Source: Candidatus Woesearchaeota archaeon
Lineage (GTDB): Archaea > Nanobdellota > Nanobdellia > Woesearchaeales > UBA583
DNA: 64,000 bases
Assembly (NCBI GenBank): GCA_965205335.1
Contig: OZ242164.1
Location: forward strand, 544,001 to 608,000
Direction: 5' to 3'
Under the pieces are notes generated by a model. The model was given only the letters and a program-made list of their open reading frames with translations, had not been told where the DNA came from and ran no database searches. This document shows positions 1-10,302 of this stretch, piece after piece. Positions within the stretch are counted from its first letter, which is position 1. Each line of letters begins with the position of its first letter. The position numbers were made by a program, and so were the translations under genes.

Positions 1-1
1 A

Positions 2-580
2 CCTGCTCTGACAAATTTCAACTGCTGTTTGTCTATATGATCTGTCTTCAGATAAAGAAGTATAAATGAAAAAATTTCTTTCTAATTCATTTAATCTATC
101 TGAAACAGGTTTAATTCTTCCAAGATTTATTCCTAAATAAGAAGGACTACACTCACAGGAAAAATTATAATACCCCCCACTTTCAATATCAGAACTTATA
201 CTTGTAATCTTATTATAATCATCACAAAAAGATTCCAAAGACTTCAATCTTCCCTCTATTTTTTCTCTAAACTCAGATGGAATTTGGATAGTTTCAGAGG
301 GTTCTCCTTCCAGTATATTTCGTAAATAAAACAAATCATCTTTTAATTTTGGCTCGCCCATCCTAAGTAAAGTTAATCCTATACCGTTCCATAACTTATA
401 ATTTTCAGAAAAAAGAATACTTTCACGACATTCCTTTGATTTTGTAGAATCTTGAGAGGATAAACCATCCAAAACCCCACTAGAGCCTGCAACTTCTTGA
501 CTTAAGTTATGATTTCCCATAAAACCTCTGACGCGATAGTAAATCCGACGAGGAAATTCTGAAATTTCCATATTTATCAT
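2..580 (-). CDS. hypothetical protein, partial (runs off window start)
   Basis: Hand-translated open frame from ATG at 580 (MINMEISEFPRRIYYRVRGF...) with no stop to the window edge; not in ORF track; no recognised motif. Confidence 0.6.
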   Translation of the reverse strand, partial: MINMEISEFPRRIYYRVRGFMGNHNLSQEVAGSSGVLDGLSSQDSTKSKECRESILFSENYKLWNGIGLTLLRMGEPKLKDDLFYLRNILEGEPSETIQIPSEFREKIEGRLKSLESFCDDYNKITSISSDIESGGYYNFSCECSPSYLGINLGRIKPVSDRLNELERNFFIYTSLSEDRSYRQTAVEICQSR

Positions 581-718
581 ATCACAGTAGATATATAAAA
601 ATTTATAAAGATATCGCATTGAATTTCCAGCCATAAAATTATATTATTACATCTTTTTCATGAAATCTGAGCAGAATTAAACAATTAATTTTATTAAACG
701 GAAATTATTCGTAAAAAT

Positions 719-1771
719 ATGTTTAAAATACCTCAGGTAGAAAAATCCTCTTATTATATTGACAAAGCTATGAAATCAATGCAAGAAGTAGCCCTAAAAG
801 AAAGAGAGAAAATCAAAGAAAGATACTCAAAAAACTTAGGGATGAGAAGAAAAGAAAAAGAGGAAATAAATCTAAACAAAAGAAAAGACTTAGAACTTTT
901 TAAAATAAAATATTTAAACGAACAAATTAACAGAGACGTCAGAAAGATTGTAAAAAGATTTCCCAATTTCTTAAAAGTTAGCGAGATATACATAAAGCTA
1001 ATTAACACTTCCCAAACGCCAGTATCAAACATAAAAGATTCCCTCTCATTAATTAAATGGATTGGCGACGCCTCAGATGAATTTACAGAGAAAACGCAAT
1101 TCAAAATTAAAAAAGCAAAAACAAGTGAAACTATTGGATTTCTAATGAAAAAACACTTAGGAAAAATAAATTCTCTTTTTAGAAAAAACAAAGATGCATT
1201 TGAAATTCTTGAGAATGCCAGAAAGTTTATGAACAAATTACCAGTATTTGAAGATTTATACACTATTGCAATAGCAGGTTACCCCAATGTAGGAAAATCA
1301 ACTCTTATGAAAAAAATGACATATTCAAATGTTGAAATCGGAAATTATCCGTTTACAACAAAGAATTTAATGTTTTCATATTTAAAATATAATTCCAAGA
1401 AAGTAATTCAGGTAATTGATACTCCCGGTCTTCTAAATCGTAATAAAAACAATAGTATTGAAGAGAGAGCAAATATAATAATTAGAGATTATGCTCAGAG
1501 CATAGTTTTTGTTTTAGACATCACAGATTCAGTTGAAAAACAAATCAAACTGCTAAAGCATGCATATGAATACAAAAAGCCAATTCTAATCTATTTAAGC
1601 AAAACAGATATTTACAACGAAGAGCATAAAGAAGAACTCCAAGAAATCAAAACCAAGATTAAAAAATTCAAAATCTTTGATAACCCGGATGAATTAAAGG
1701 AGTTTATAATTAATGATTTTTTGAAAACAAAAAAAGACTTCAATCCAGATAAATTAAAAGTAATCAGGTAA
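719..1771 (+). CDS. NOG1-family (Obg-related) ribosome biogenesis GTPase
   Basis: Helical N-terminus; GYPNVGKS, YPFTTK, DTPG and SKTD motifs. Confidence 0.85.
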   Translation: MFKIPQVEKSSYYIDKAMKSMQEVALKEREKIKERYSKNLGMRRKEKEEINLNKRKDLELFKIKYLNEQINRDVRKIVKRFPNFLKVSEIYIKLINTSQTPVSNIKDSLSLIKWIGDASDEFTEKTQFKIKKAKTSETIGFLMKKHLGKINSLFRKNKDAFEILENARKFMNKLPVFEDLYTIAIAGYPNVGKSTLMKKMTYSNVEIGNYPFTTKNLMFSYLKYNSKKVIQVIDTPGLLNRNKNNSIEERANIIIRDYAQSIVFVLDITDSVEKQIKLLKHAYEYKKPILIYLSKTDIYNEEHKEELQEIKTKIKKFKIFDNPDELKEFIINDFLKTKKDFNPDKLKVIR

Positions 1772-1776
1772 TTTGC

Positions 1777-2409
1777 CTAAGTTATCTTTTCCTTAGACTC
1801 TTTGTTATCAACCAATTCTTCTGTATCTTCCACTTCTGATTCACTTGTTGTATACTCAAGTCCAATATCTTTTACTATTTGCTCATCTGATTTTAGATAC
1901 GTTTTCAGATTCTCATTTGCTTGTTCTCTAAACTCTTCATTTTGTTCTAACTTAAAATAATCATAAAATTTCTTAGTTACCCTGTAATATCTTCCAACAC
2001 CATGTTTCTCATACGATACAAACTTGGCTTTTGCTAAATAATCAACTTCCTCTTTTACATACTTCCCCAAAATCTCACTAAGTCTTGTCTTGGTTATGGG
2101 TTGCTCATACGCTATAACTGATAACACCTTTAACACATTTCTTGGAATTTCTGTTCCTGATATAAGAGATGATACTATTTCATTGAACTCATCTTTAAGA
2201 CTCATCCTCCACCTATTATCTTCATTCTCAACTGTAAAAGGAAATCCTGTTTCGTATTTTTGTTTTAGTTCTTCAAGTATGTCCTTTACTGCCATCTCTG
2301 AGTCTTCATCCATAGATTCCATAATTTCGGAAATTGTAATCCAATCCCCATAAGAAAATAAAATAGCTTCAATCTTTAATTTCATTTCATCATACTTTTG
2401 GTTATTCAT
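1777..2409 (-). CDS. scpB: SMC-Scp complex subunit ScpB
   Basis: IEAILF, LSVIAYEQPITK and YRVTKKFYDYF motifs; smc in same window. Confidence 0.9.
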   Translation of the reverse strand: MNNQKYDEMKLKIEAILFSYGDWITISEIMESMDEDSEMAVKDILEELKQKYETGFPFTVENEDNRWRMSLKDEFNEIVSSLISGTEIPRNVLKVLSVIAYEQPITKTRLSEILGKYVKEEVDYLAKAKFVSYEKHGVGRYYRVTKKFYDYFKLEQNEEFREQANENLKTYLKSDEQIVKDIGLEYTTSESEVEDTEELVDNKESKEKIT

Positions 2410-2518
2410 ACTAATAGTATCACATAACCAATTTATAAATATTTAGTATTACAAGAAAGTTTTGCAGTCTTGAAATAAATATTAATTTTTAAGAAAATAA
2501 TCTAATGGATTTACTCTG

Positions 2519-3385
2519 CTACTCCAACTTCAAAAGGAATTCATTTAACTCTTCAATTTCTGTTTTCTTTAGAGAATACGAATTAAGCATCATTATTCCA
2601 ATTCCATTAAACTTCTTTATTCTTGAATCTATGTACTTTAGAAACTCAAATACGATATAGAATGAATTCATCTTGAATAATGTGTTCATATCTATCAATA
2701 TTATTGGATTTGATGACTGTTCTAAGAAATTGTCAATGTATGAGACTAAATCATTAATATGCAGAGGATCTACCAAATCGGAGTTTTCATCCAAAACTTC
2801 TTTTAAATAACCTGAATTAATTTTCTCATCCAACTGATTAACCCAAGCAATTGGAGTTTTTTGAATATTAAACTTTGTTCTGATTTCTTTGGGATTATTC
2901 TCTGATATGAAAAATCCTTCAAATCCAATTTTAGTTGCCTTTGCAAATTGTTCAATTAGAAATTTTCTATCTTTCTTTATAAAAAGGTATGAATTTGAAT
3001 TATCTATATTTATATCAAGTTCCCCACCTAATGTTCCTTCCTGAACTGGAACAAATTTCATTTTAACGAATTTTCCTTTATAATATTTTAATATTAAATG
3101 TTCTAAGAGCAATCCACATGCTAAAAATGACATTGAGATAAATACTAGAGAATATACCAATCCTTCTGTTACTACAGGGTTAATAAATATAACTGAATAT
3201 GTTACATAAAAAAATCTTATAAGTTCTGATAATGCAAGAAAAATTGCAGATACACCAATATAAAACCAAGGTCTCCTATGTTTTTGATAGTATACTTTAA
3301 AGATTATTTTAAGAACTATGTATATTGCAAGTACTGACATAAACACAGTAAGTAAAGATATTATTGAAATAGGAGGTTCCATCAA
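2519..3385 (-). CDS. membrane protein with C-terminal DUF835-like domain
   Basis: Three N-terminal TM segments, then a KaiC-like inactive domain (GFFISENNP, PIAWV, NSF..VFEFL..I). Confidence 0.65.
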   Translation of the reverse strand: MMEPPISIISLLTVFMSVLAIYIVLKIIFKVYYQKHRRPWFYIGVSAIFLALSELIRFFYVTYSVIFINPVVTEGLVYSLVFISMSFLACGLLLEHLILKYYKGKFVKMKFVPVQEGTLGGELDINIDNSNSYLFIKKDRKFLIEQFAKATKIGFEGFFISENNPKEIRTKFNIQKTPIAWVNQLDEKINSGYLKEVLDENSDLVDPLHINDLVSYIDNFLEQSSNPIILIDMNTLFKMNSFYIVFEFLKYIDSRIKKFNGIGIMMLNSYSLKKTEIEELNEFLLKLE

Positions 3386-3663
3386 TAATCTCCTAGTTAT
3401 ATAATTTATAAATATTATTTGTTATTTGAAAATGAGGTTTTAATAGTTGGGAATTTTTAATGCAAAATTGCAAAGGAATTTAAAGTGAATCCCTACAAAC
3501 TTGAGATTCCATTCAAAAGAAGAGTTGATGAAAAGTGCAATTAAGAGCAACTATTATTTAGCAAATTAAAGAAAATAACAAATTCTTAACAAAACCAAAA
3601 TATAAAAAACTTCATAAAGACCGCTCTCTTATCCCAAATATAAAATCCCTACTTGAAAACACA

Positions 3664-4359
3664 ATGAAATTAGCAATACTATACTCAGGAGGAAAAGACT
3701 CAAACTTTGCCTTATTTGAAGCCCTGAAAAACAACAATAACAAAATTGTCTGTCTAATATATATGAAATCAGAAAATCCAAACTCTTATATGTTTCAAAA
3801 CGTTGGCTGGGAATTAGTTCAGATGCAATCTCAAGCATTGGGAATTCCCCTTCTAACCCATAAAACAAAAGGAATCAAAGAAAAAGAATTAGATGATTTG
3901 AAAACTGCAATAAAAAAAGCATGTGATGAATTTGGAGCACAGGGAATAGTTAGCGGCGCAATAAACTCATGCTATCAAGCATCAAGAATTCAGAGAATCT
4001 GTAACGATTTGAATTTATGTTCATTTAATCCATTATGGCAGATTAACGAAGATGATTTCATATCCAAGATCCTTGAAAACAATTTTGATGTCAGAATATT
4101 TGGTGTTTTCTCATATCCTCTTGATTGGAATTTCATAGGGAAAAAATTAGACAAAGAATTAATTTCAAGATTGAAAACCATAAGAAAAAATTACAAAATA
4201 TCCATTGCAGGCGAAGGAGGCGAGTTTGAATCATTTGTATTAGATTCTCCATTATTTAAGAAAAAAATAAAAATCGATTCCTTTGATGTAAAAAAAGATT
4301 CTCCTAACTGTGCAACTATTTCAAATATCTCCGCAAGATTAATCAGAAAAGAAAAATGA
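3664..4359 (+). CDS. dph6: diphthine--ammonia ligase (Dph6) / PP-loop ATP pyrophosphatase
   Basis: SGGKDS, SYMFQ, GAINSCYQ, PLW and GEGGEFESFVLDSPLF motifs. Confidence 0.85.
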   Translation: MKLAILYSGGKDSNFALFEALKNNNNKIVCLIYMKSENPNSYMFQNVGWELVQMQSQALGIPLLTHKTKGIKEKELDDLKTAIKKACDEFGAQGIVSGAINSCYQASRIQRICNDLNLCSFNPLWQINEDDFISKILENNFDVRIFGVFSYPLDWNFIGKKLDKELISRLKTIRKNYKISIAGEGGEFESFVLDSPLFKKKIKIDSFDVKKDSPNCATISNISARLIRKEK

Positions 4360-4901
4360 TTCTTATAATTAATGTCTGTTTTAATGAATTGCATTACAAC
4401 GAATTCGTAAGACCCATTGTTAATATTCTAAAAGAGAACAACTTCAAATACACAGTTGCTACATACTTGGATTTACGTGAAAAGGATATTCTCTCATCTG
4501 ATAAAATTATTATATGCGGAACTGCCCTTTCCGATAACAATTACATAAAGCACATAAATAAATTTAAATGGATTAAAAATACCTTAAAACCTGTTTTGGG
4601 GATTTGTGCTGGTGCTCAGATTATCGCACTTGTCCTTGGAGGAAAAATTACAGATGAACTGCAAATAGGCTTGATTAATGAACTTCAAATCACAAAAAAA
4701 GATAGCATATTTGATAGTGTTAATATTAATTCATATTACACACTGCACAATCATGGAATTGATAATTCAGGAGACTATGAAATTTTAGCAAAGAACTTGC
4801 AAGGAGAAATTCAGATTATTAAAAAAAACAATACTTACGGATGCTTATTTCACTGTGAAGTTCGCCAAAAAGAAATGATACTTAATTTTTGCAGACAATA
4901 A
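4356..4901 (+). CDS. class I glutamine amidotransferase
   Basis: PVLGICAGAQ nucleophile elbow and FHCE; ATGA overlap with dph6. Confidence 0.85.
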   Translation: MILIINVCFNELHYNEFVRPIVNILKENNFKYTVATYLDLREKDILSSDKIIICGTALSDNNYIKHINKFKWIKNTLKPVLGICAGAQIIALVLGGKITDELQIGLINELQITKKDSIFDSVNINSYYTLHNHGIDNSGDYEILAKNLQGEIQIIKKNNTYGCLFHCEVRQKEMILNFCRQ

Positions 4902-4931
4902 ATTTATAATATAAACTTACATATCATAATT

Positions 4932-5333
4932 ATGACAAATATTTTTGAAAAAATAATAGCAAGAGAAATCCCAGCATATATAATATATGAGGATGAGAAA
5001 CATATAGCCTTCTTAGACATAATGCCTTTTGAAAAGGGACACACTCTTATAGTCCCAAAAAAACCATACATAACAATCTTTGAAATGAATGAAAATGAAT
5101 TTACAGAGTTAATGCGAGTTGTTTACAAAATTGCAAACCATTACGAAAAAGAACTTGGATGTGGAATTAATATCTGGCAGAACAACAAAAAAGTTTCAGG
5201 TCAGGAAATTCCACATGTTCACTTCCATGTTATCCCGAGAAGAATCTCAAAACCAACATATCGTTTAGATTTAAGAGAAAAATATTTAAATAATGAAGCA
5301 GAGAATTATCGTAAGAGATTAAAATTAATCTAA
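4932..5333 (+). CDS. HIT family hydrolase
   Basis: IFEKII, GHTLIVPK and intact HVHFHVIP triad. Confidence 0.9.
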   Translation: MTNIFEKIIAREIPAYIIYEDEKHIAFLDIMPFEKGHTLIVPKKPYITIFEMNENEFTELMRVVYKIANHYEKELGCGINIWQNNKKVSGQEIPHVHFHVIPRRISKPTYRLDLREKYLNNEAENYRKRLKLI

Positions 5334-5340
5334 GCAGAAA

Positions 5341-5658
5341 ATGGTTGAGTTTTGCAATAGTTGTGGTGCTATAATTATGGGGAAAAAAGGGGAAGATGTT
5401 ACATGCCCAAGTTGTGGAAAATCTAAAAAAGCAAAAGGAGAAATTAATTTATCCCAGAAAGTTGACACAAAAGAAAACTTAGAAATACTTAATACTGATG
5501 ACACTGCTCAAATCCATCCTACAACTCAAGTTGAGTGTCCCCAATGTAAAAGCACAGAGGCTTACTATTGGACTAAACAGACAAGAGCCGCAGATGAGCC
5601 CGAAACCCAGTTCTTCAAATGCGTTGAATGTTCTCATCAATGGCGAGATTATAGATAA
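5341..5658 (+). CDS. tfs: transcription factor S (TFS/RpoM)
   Basis: Two Zn ribbons; QTRAADEPETQFFKC. Confidence 0.92.
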   Translation: MVEFCNSCGAIIMGKKGEDVTCPSCGKSKKAKGEINLSQKVDTKENLEILNTDDTAQIHPTTQVECPQCKSTEAYYWTKQTRAADEPETQFFKCVECSHQWRDYR

Positions 5659-5767
5659 ATCAAAATTATCATATATATACTGTGTACCATACTTCTTGAA
5701 AATCAAACATTAATTTCTGATGCATACATACTGGAAAATAGATGGGTTAAAGTTTTTGTGCACTTTT

Positions 5768-5986
5768 TTATATTTCACTAAAAGAGCAAAAACAAGATAC
5801 ACTTTTTACGCCATTAATACATTGATATGAGCAAGAAGTACTAGTAAAACAAATACAACTTGTAGCCTGACTTACTATACCAGAGGTAACACTGCTTACA
5901 TTCCAACTACTCAAATTACCATTAAATGAACTTGCACCAGAGAACACATTTCCCTTCATATCTGTAACACTACTTAAGGAGGGCAA
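5768..5986 (-). pseudogene. BspA/DUF285 repeat remnant overlapping the end of the large Cys-rich gene
   Basis: SSVTDMKGNVFSGASSFNGNLSSWNVSSVT is one DUF285-type repeat; no credible start codon. Confidence 0.55.
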
Positions 5987-8900
5987 TCTATAGGAGATCC
6001 ACCGTTACAACTGCACACCCAATTAGAAGATCCACCCGCTGATTCCCCTTCATCACAAGTGCCCCAAGAACCACATGCAGGACCACCACACCATACACTA
6101 TAATAACAATTATTCGTCTGATAACCGCATTTACTACCTGAACATGTTATATATGCTGATTCAGAGGTGCAACTACAAGAACCACTAATACAAGTCCCTG
6201 TTGAACATTTGGTGCCCGTTCCTGAACAGGGTTTGGTACAAGAGTTTCCAGTGACAGAATAAGTGCCTTGCACACCAGGTATTGAACTTCCACAGGAAAT
6301 ACTTGATGAGGAAGCACAAGTCCCTACACATGCATTAGTTTTACAAGTACCACCGTCACAAATCTTCCCAGATGAACATTTGGTGCCCGTTCCTGAACAG
6401 GGTTTGGTACAAGAGTTTCCAGTGACAGAATAAGTGCCTTGCACACCAGGTATTGAACTTCCACAGGAAATACTTGATGAGGAAGCACAAGTCCCTACAC
6501 ATGCATTAGTTTTACAAGTACCACCGTCACAAATCTTCCCAGATGAACATTTGGTGCCCGTTCCTGAACAGGGTTTGGTACAAGAGTTTCCAGTGACAGA
6601 ATAAGTGCCTTGCACACCAGGTATTGAACTTCCACAGGAAATACTTGATGAGGAAGCACAAGTCCCTACACATGCATTAGTTTTACAAGTACCACCGTCA
6701 CAAATCTTCCCAGATGAACATTTGGTGCCCGTTCCTGAACAGGGTTTGGTACAAGAGTTTCCAGTGACAGAATAAGTGCCTTGCACACCAGGTATTGAAC
6801 TTCCACAGGAAATACTTGATGAGGAAGCACAAGTCCCTACACATGCATTAGTTTTACAAGTACCACCGTCACAAATCTTCCCAGATGAACATTTGGTGCC
6901 CGTTCCTGAACAGGGTTTGGTACAAGAGTTTCCAGTGACAGAATAAGTGCCTTGCACACCAGGTATTGAACTTCCACAGGAAATACTTGATGAGGAAGCA
7001 CAAGTCCCTACACATGCATTAGTTTTACAAGTACCACCGTCACAAATCTTCCCAGATGAACATTTGGTGCCCGTTCCTGAACAGGGTTTGGTACAAGAGT
7101 TTCCAGTGACAGAATAAGTGCCTTGCACACCAGGTATTGAACTTCCACAGGAAATACTTGATGAGGAAGCACAAGTCCCTACACATGCATTAGTTTTACA
7201 AGTACCACCGTCACAAGTGCCTGATGAACAGTAGGTACCTGTTCCTGAACAGGGTTTGGTACAAGAGTTTCCAGTGACAGAATAAGTGCCTTGCACACCA
7301 GGTATTGAACTTCCACAGGAAATACTTGATGAGGAAGCACAAGTCCCTACACATGCATTAGTTTTACAAGTACCACCGTCACAAGTGCCTGATGAACAGT
7401 AGGTACCTGTTCCTGAACAGGGTTTGGTACAAGAGTTTCCAGTGACAGAATAAGTGCCTTGCACATCAGGTATTGAACTTCCACAAGAAATACTTGATGA
7501 GGAAGCACAAGTCCCTACACATGCATTAGTTTTACAAGTACCACCGTCACAAGTGCCTGATGAACAGTAGGTACCTATTCCTGAACAAGTTCTAGTGCAG
7601 GAGTTTCCAGTACAAGAGTAAGTGCCTGATTGGTCTGGTATTGGACTTCCACATGCTACACTTGATCGGGAAGGACATGATGGTGCATTACATGAATTAG
7701 AACTAGTTGAACACCCACTAGTCGTGCAGGCACCACTGCCGTCACTCCATTCCCCAGCAGTTGAAGAGTCACAAAGAGAAGATGTGCACTCGCAAGTTCT
7801 GGTATTTCTACAAGAACCACCGACACAAGTCCCAGATGAACAATAAGTACCTGTGCCACAGGTCTTGGTACAAGATGCACCACTAATGGAGCAAGTGCCA
7901 GATACATATGGCAATGAGGTCCCACATGCTTCACTGGAGGTAGAAGCACAAGTTCCCACACAAGTTCCACAAAGTATTGGTACACAACTACTACCATCAC
8001 AAGTATATGATGAATATGAACAATAAGTACCTGTGCCTGAGCAACTTTTAGTACAGGATACACCAGTATTAGAGCAAGTGCCAGATACAGCCGGTATTGA
8101 AGTTCCACATGATACACTGGAAGAATAAGCACAAGTTCCTTGACAAGCTCCACACGATTTTGCCTTACTGCACATACCTGAGTTATTTCCGCCATTCAAA
8201 CCTTCACAACGCCATCTGTAGTGGGTGGGGGTGTCATTATACGCTCCATCGTTAGATGTCCCACTTGTACAGCCATTTCTTATCGCATTATTGCATACTC
8301 CATTTACAGGAGATGGAGGTTTAAGTTTACTGCACATAGTATCGTTTCCACCATTAACACCACTGCAATACCATATATGATGAGTTGAATTGGAAGATGA
8401 GTTGTAAACGTTACCAACAATACAAATGTCTTTACCCGAACCGCATACTTCACTATCATCAGGGAAAGAAGAAGAAATTCTACAGCAAAAAGATCCCATT
8501 TTATTATCATCACTGCTGTTAAAATTAGGGTCTAGTCTGAATCCATCTGAAAGAAGTTCCCCTGAATCTAATTTCATCCAGTTAGAAGGACAAACTCTAC
8601 CTCTCGCCCAAGTGCAAAATTCATTACTACAGATGCTTCCTCCAAATTGGACATTAGGTGGGAAAGAAGCAAAATTCCTACAGCAAAAAGATCCCATTTT
8701 ATCATTATTGCTACTATTAAAATTTAAATCTAATCTAAATCCATAAATGTCGTATTCTCCTGAGCCTATCTTTGTCCAGTTAGATGGACAAAATATGCTC
8801 CTAGTCCAAGTACAGACCCCCTCATCACACACCCTTCCTACTTGGGCATCAACGTAATCTTTATTAACGGCATCACTTCCATTTATCGGAGTTGGAACAT

Positions 8901-9111
8901 CAGTTATCTTGCCAGAATCTCCCAAACTTAGGGTACTGTTTAAAATAAAATTGGGAAAACCTTCATCACTTCCTAAAACCCCTCCTCTTATGTCAGAGGC
9001 ATGATGCCAAACACTGTTTGTGTCTGCAAAAACAGGAACTTCCATCCCTGTAAAAACAAAAAAAATGACAAAAATACTAATAAAAATTCCAAATAAATTC
9101 CTTCTAACCAT
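5974..9111 (-). CDS. large secreted Cys/Ser/Gly/Thr-rich repeat surface protein (putative adhesin/fibre)
   Basis: Signal peptide; DAVNKDYVD stalk-like motif; two CPSNW...GSFCC modules; many Cys-rich tandem repeats. Confidence 0.8.
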   Translation of the reverse strand: MVRRNLFGIFISIFVIFFVFTGMEVPVFADTNSVWHHASDIRGGVLGSDEGFPNFILNSTLSLGDSGKITDVPTPINGSDAVNKDYVDAQVGRVCDEGVCTWTRSIFCPSNWTKIGSGEYDIYGFRLDLNFNSSNNDKMGSFCCRNFASFPPNVQFGGSICSNEFCTWARGRVCPSNWMKLDSGELLSDGFRLDPNFNSSDDNKMGSFCCRISSSFPDDSEVCGSGKDICIVGNVYNSSSNSTHHIWYCSGVNGGNDTMCSKLKPPSPVNGVCNNAIRNGCTSGTSNDGAYNDTPTHYRWRCEGLNGGNNSGMCSKAKSCGACQGTCAYSSSVSCGTSIPAVSGTCSNTGVSCTKSCSGTGTYCSYSSYTCDGSSCVPILCGTCVGTCASTSSEACGTSLPYVSGTCSISGASCTKTCGTGTYCSSGTCVGGSCRNTRTCECTSSLCDSSTAGEWSDGSGACTTSGCSTSSNSCNAPSCPSRSSVACGSPIPDQSGTYSCTGNSCTRTCSGIGTYCSSGTCDGGTCKTNACVGTCASSSSISCGSSIPDVQGTYSVTGNSCTKPCSGTGTYCSSGTCDGGTCKTNACVGTCASSSSISCGSSIPGVQGTYSVTGNSCTKPCSGTGTYCSSGTCDGGTCKTNACVGTCASSSSISCGSSIPGVQGTYSVTGNSCTKPCSGTGTKCSSGKICDGGTCKTNACVGTCASSSSISCGSSIPGVQGTYSVTGNSCTKPCSGTGTKCSSGKICDGGTCKTNACVGTCASSSSISCGSSIPGVQGTYSVTGNSCTKPCSGTGTKCSSGKICDGGTCKTNACVGTCASSSSISCGSSIPGVQGTYSVTGNSCTKPCSGTGTKCSSGKICDGGTCKTNACVGTCASSSSISCGSSIPGVQGTYSVTGNSCTKPCSGTGTKCSSGKICDGGTCKTNACVGTCASSSSISCGSSIPGVQGTYSVTGNSCTKPCSGTGTKCSTGTCISGSCSCTSESAYITCSGSKCGYQTNNCYYSVWCGGPACGSWGTCDEGESAGGSSNWVCSCNGGSPIDCPP
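6200..7570. repeat. intragenic tandem array, 8 near-identical units of 171/168 bp (57/56 aa)
   Basis: ACACATGCATTAGTTTTACAAG recurs 8 times at 171 or 168 bp spacing. Confidence 0.95.
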
Positions 9112-9259
9112 GAAAAGTTCCCCTTTGAAAAATATATATAAGTTAGTTTAAACTCCAAAGTAATAATAAACAAAAAATATACATCAAATAATAAACAACC
9201 CTGCTAAGAAAATTCCAACTACACTAAAATTTATATATAATACTTAGTTAATTTTTCAT

Positions 9260-9976
9260 ATGAATTCTAAAAAAGACAAAAAATCATCACATAATTCCAA
9301 ACAAAAAAAAAATACCAAAATTCATAAAGTTACAGATGTCGTTTCAGAAGATGAAGTTGAAACTCAGTTATCAAAAGACCTTATTAAAAAAATAGAAAAA
9401 AAGAATCAAGATGATGAACCCAGATGGTATCACTACCTTATCGTCTCACTTTGCTTCATTGCTCTCTTTATAGGTTTATATTATACATTAGATTATTTTG
9501 AAAAAGAACCTCCAAACCCTCATATCAATGTTCAATTATACACGTATCACTTCAAAGTCGGAGAAAAAAACGGTAGCATTCAGTTCTACACACCAATTAA
9601 CAAAATTGAAGACTTAGATTATCCTATTGAAGTTTCAAAATATGACTTTCTAAACTCAAAACGAATAATACTATCCTTTATGGAATACAACGGAACCGAT
9701 AATGGAGAAGTAGCACTAGTTTCAGGAAGACTGGCTCCTTTCATAAAACATGTTTACTCATTTGATTTTAACCCTTACGAGGACATCAAACATACTAATG
9801 AATCTAACTGTTCAACCTCAACATTAGATGAAAAAATTGTCACATTCAATCCCTACTCAGACAGAAATGGAGTTTTCTACAACGAATCAAACGGATGCAT
9901 TGAATTTCTAACAGATGATGCAACAAAAATGAGAGAACTTGGAGACATATTCTTCTATACCCTCATTAACGAATAA
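9260..9976 (+). CDS. hypothetical single-pass membrane protein
   Basis: Charged N-terminus, one TM segment, extracellular domain with a Cys pair. Confidence 0.7.
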   Translation: MNSKKDKKSSHNSKQKKNTKIHKVTDVVSEDEVETQLSKDLIKKIEKKNQDDEPRWYHYLIVSLCFIALFIGLYYTLDYFEKEPPNPHINVQLYTYHFKVGEKNGSIQFYTPINKIEDLDYPIEVSKYDFLNSKRIILSFMEYNGTDNGEVALVSGRLAPFIKHVYSFDFNPYEDIKHTNESNCSTSTLDEKIVTFNPYSDRNGVFYNESNGCIEFLTDDATKMRELGDIFFYTLINE

Positions 9977-9977
9977 A

Positions 9978-10118
9978 ATGAATAACTCATATCTAACAGA
10001 TTTAATTTGCTGTCCCAAATGCCAAAAAGACTTAACTGCAAAAAACAACAAACTAATCTGTTCAAACTGCAAAAAAGAATACATAATAAAAGACAACATT
10101 CCAATACTATTAATATAA
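9978..10118 (+). CDS. trm112: Trm112-family methyltransferase activator (46 aa, missed by ORF track)
   Basis: Hand translation MNNSYLTDLICCPKCQKDLTAKNNKLICSNCKKEYIIKDNIPILLI fits the CPxC...CxxC..Y.I.D.IP.LL signature. Confidence 0.85.
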   Translation: MNNSYLTDLICCPKCQKDLTAKNNKLICSNCKKEYIIKDNIPILLI

Positions 10119-10191
10119 GCAAAACAATACAAAACAAATCACATAGTAACCTTTATAAAACTTTAAAAATTAATTTACTTACTAAAAAAAA

Positions 10192-10264
10192 GGACCTGTG
10201 GTCTAGTGGCTATGACGTTGCCCTTACAAGGCGAAGATCGCCGGTTCAAATCCGGTCAGGTCCA
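10192..10264 (+). tRNA. tRNA-Val(TAC)
   Basis: GGACCTG/CAGGTCC acceptor stem, anticodon loop CT-TAC-AA, GGTTCAAATCC T-arm. Confidence 0.93.
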
Positions 10265-10302
10265 TTTAAAATAACTTAATCTCTCCTATATCTAATACAT
10301 AC

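Noticed and set aside
754-1263. Antisense ORFs opposite Nog1 (likewise opposite SMC, SNF2 and others)
   Set aside because: F/S/L/I-rich mirror frames of K/E-rich genes, with no motifs
6200-7570. Regular repeats as a possible CRISPR array
   Set aside because: Units are fully repeated, multiples of 3 and in frame within a CDS; no unique spacers and no cas genes
10007-10279. 90-aa ORF in the track
   Set aside because: Overlaps the real Trm112 gene in another frame and the tRNA-Val
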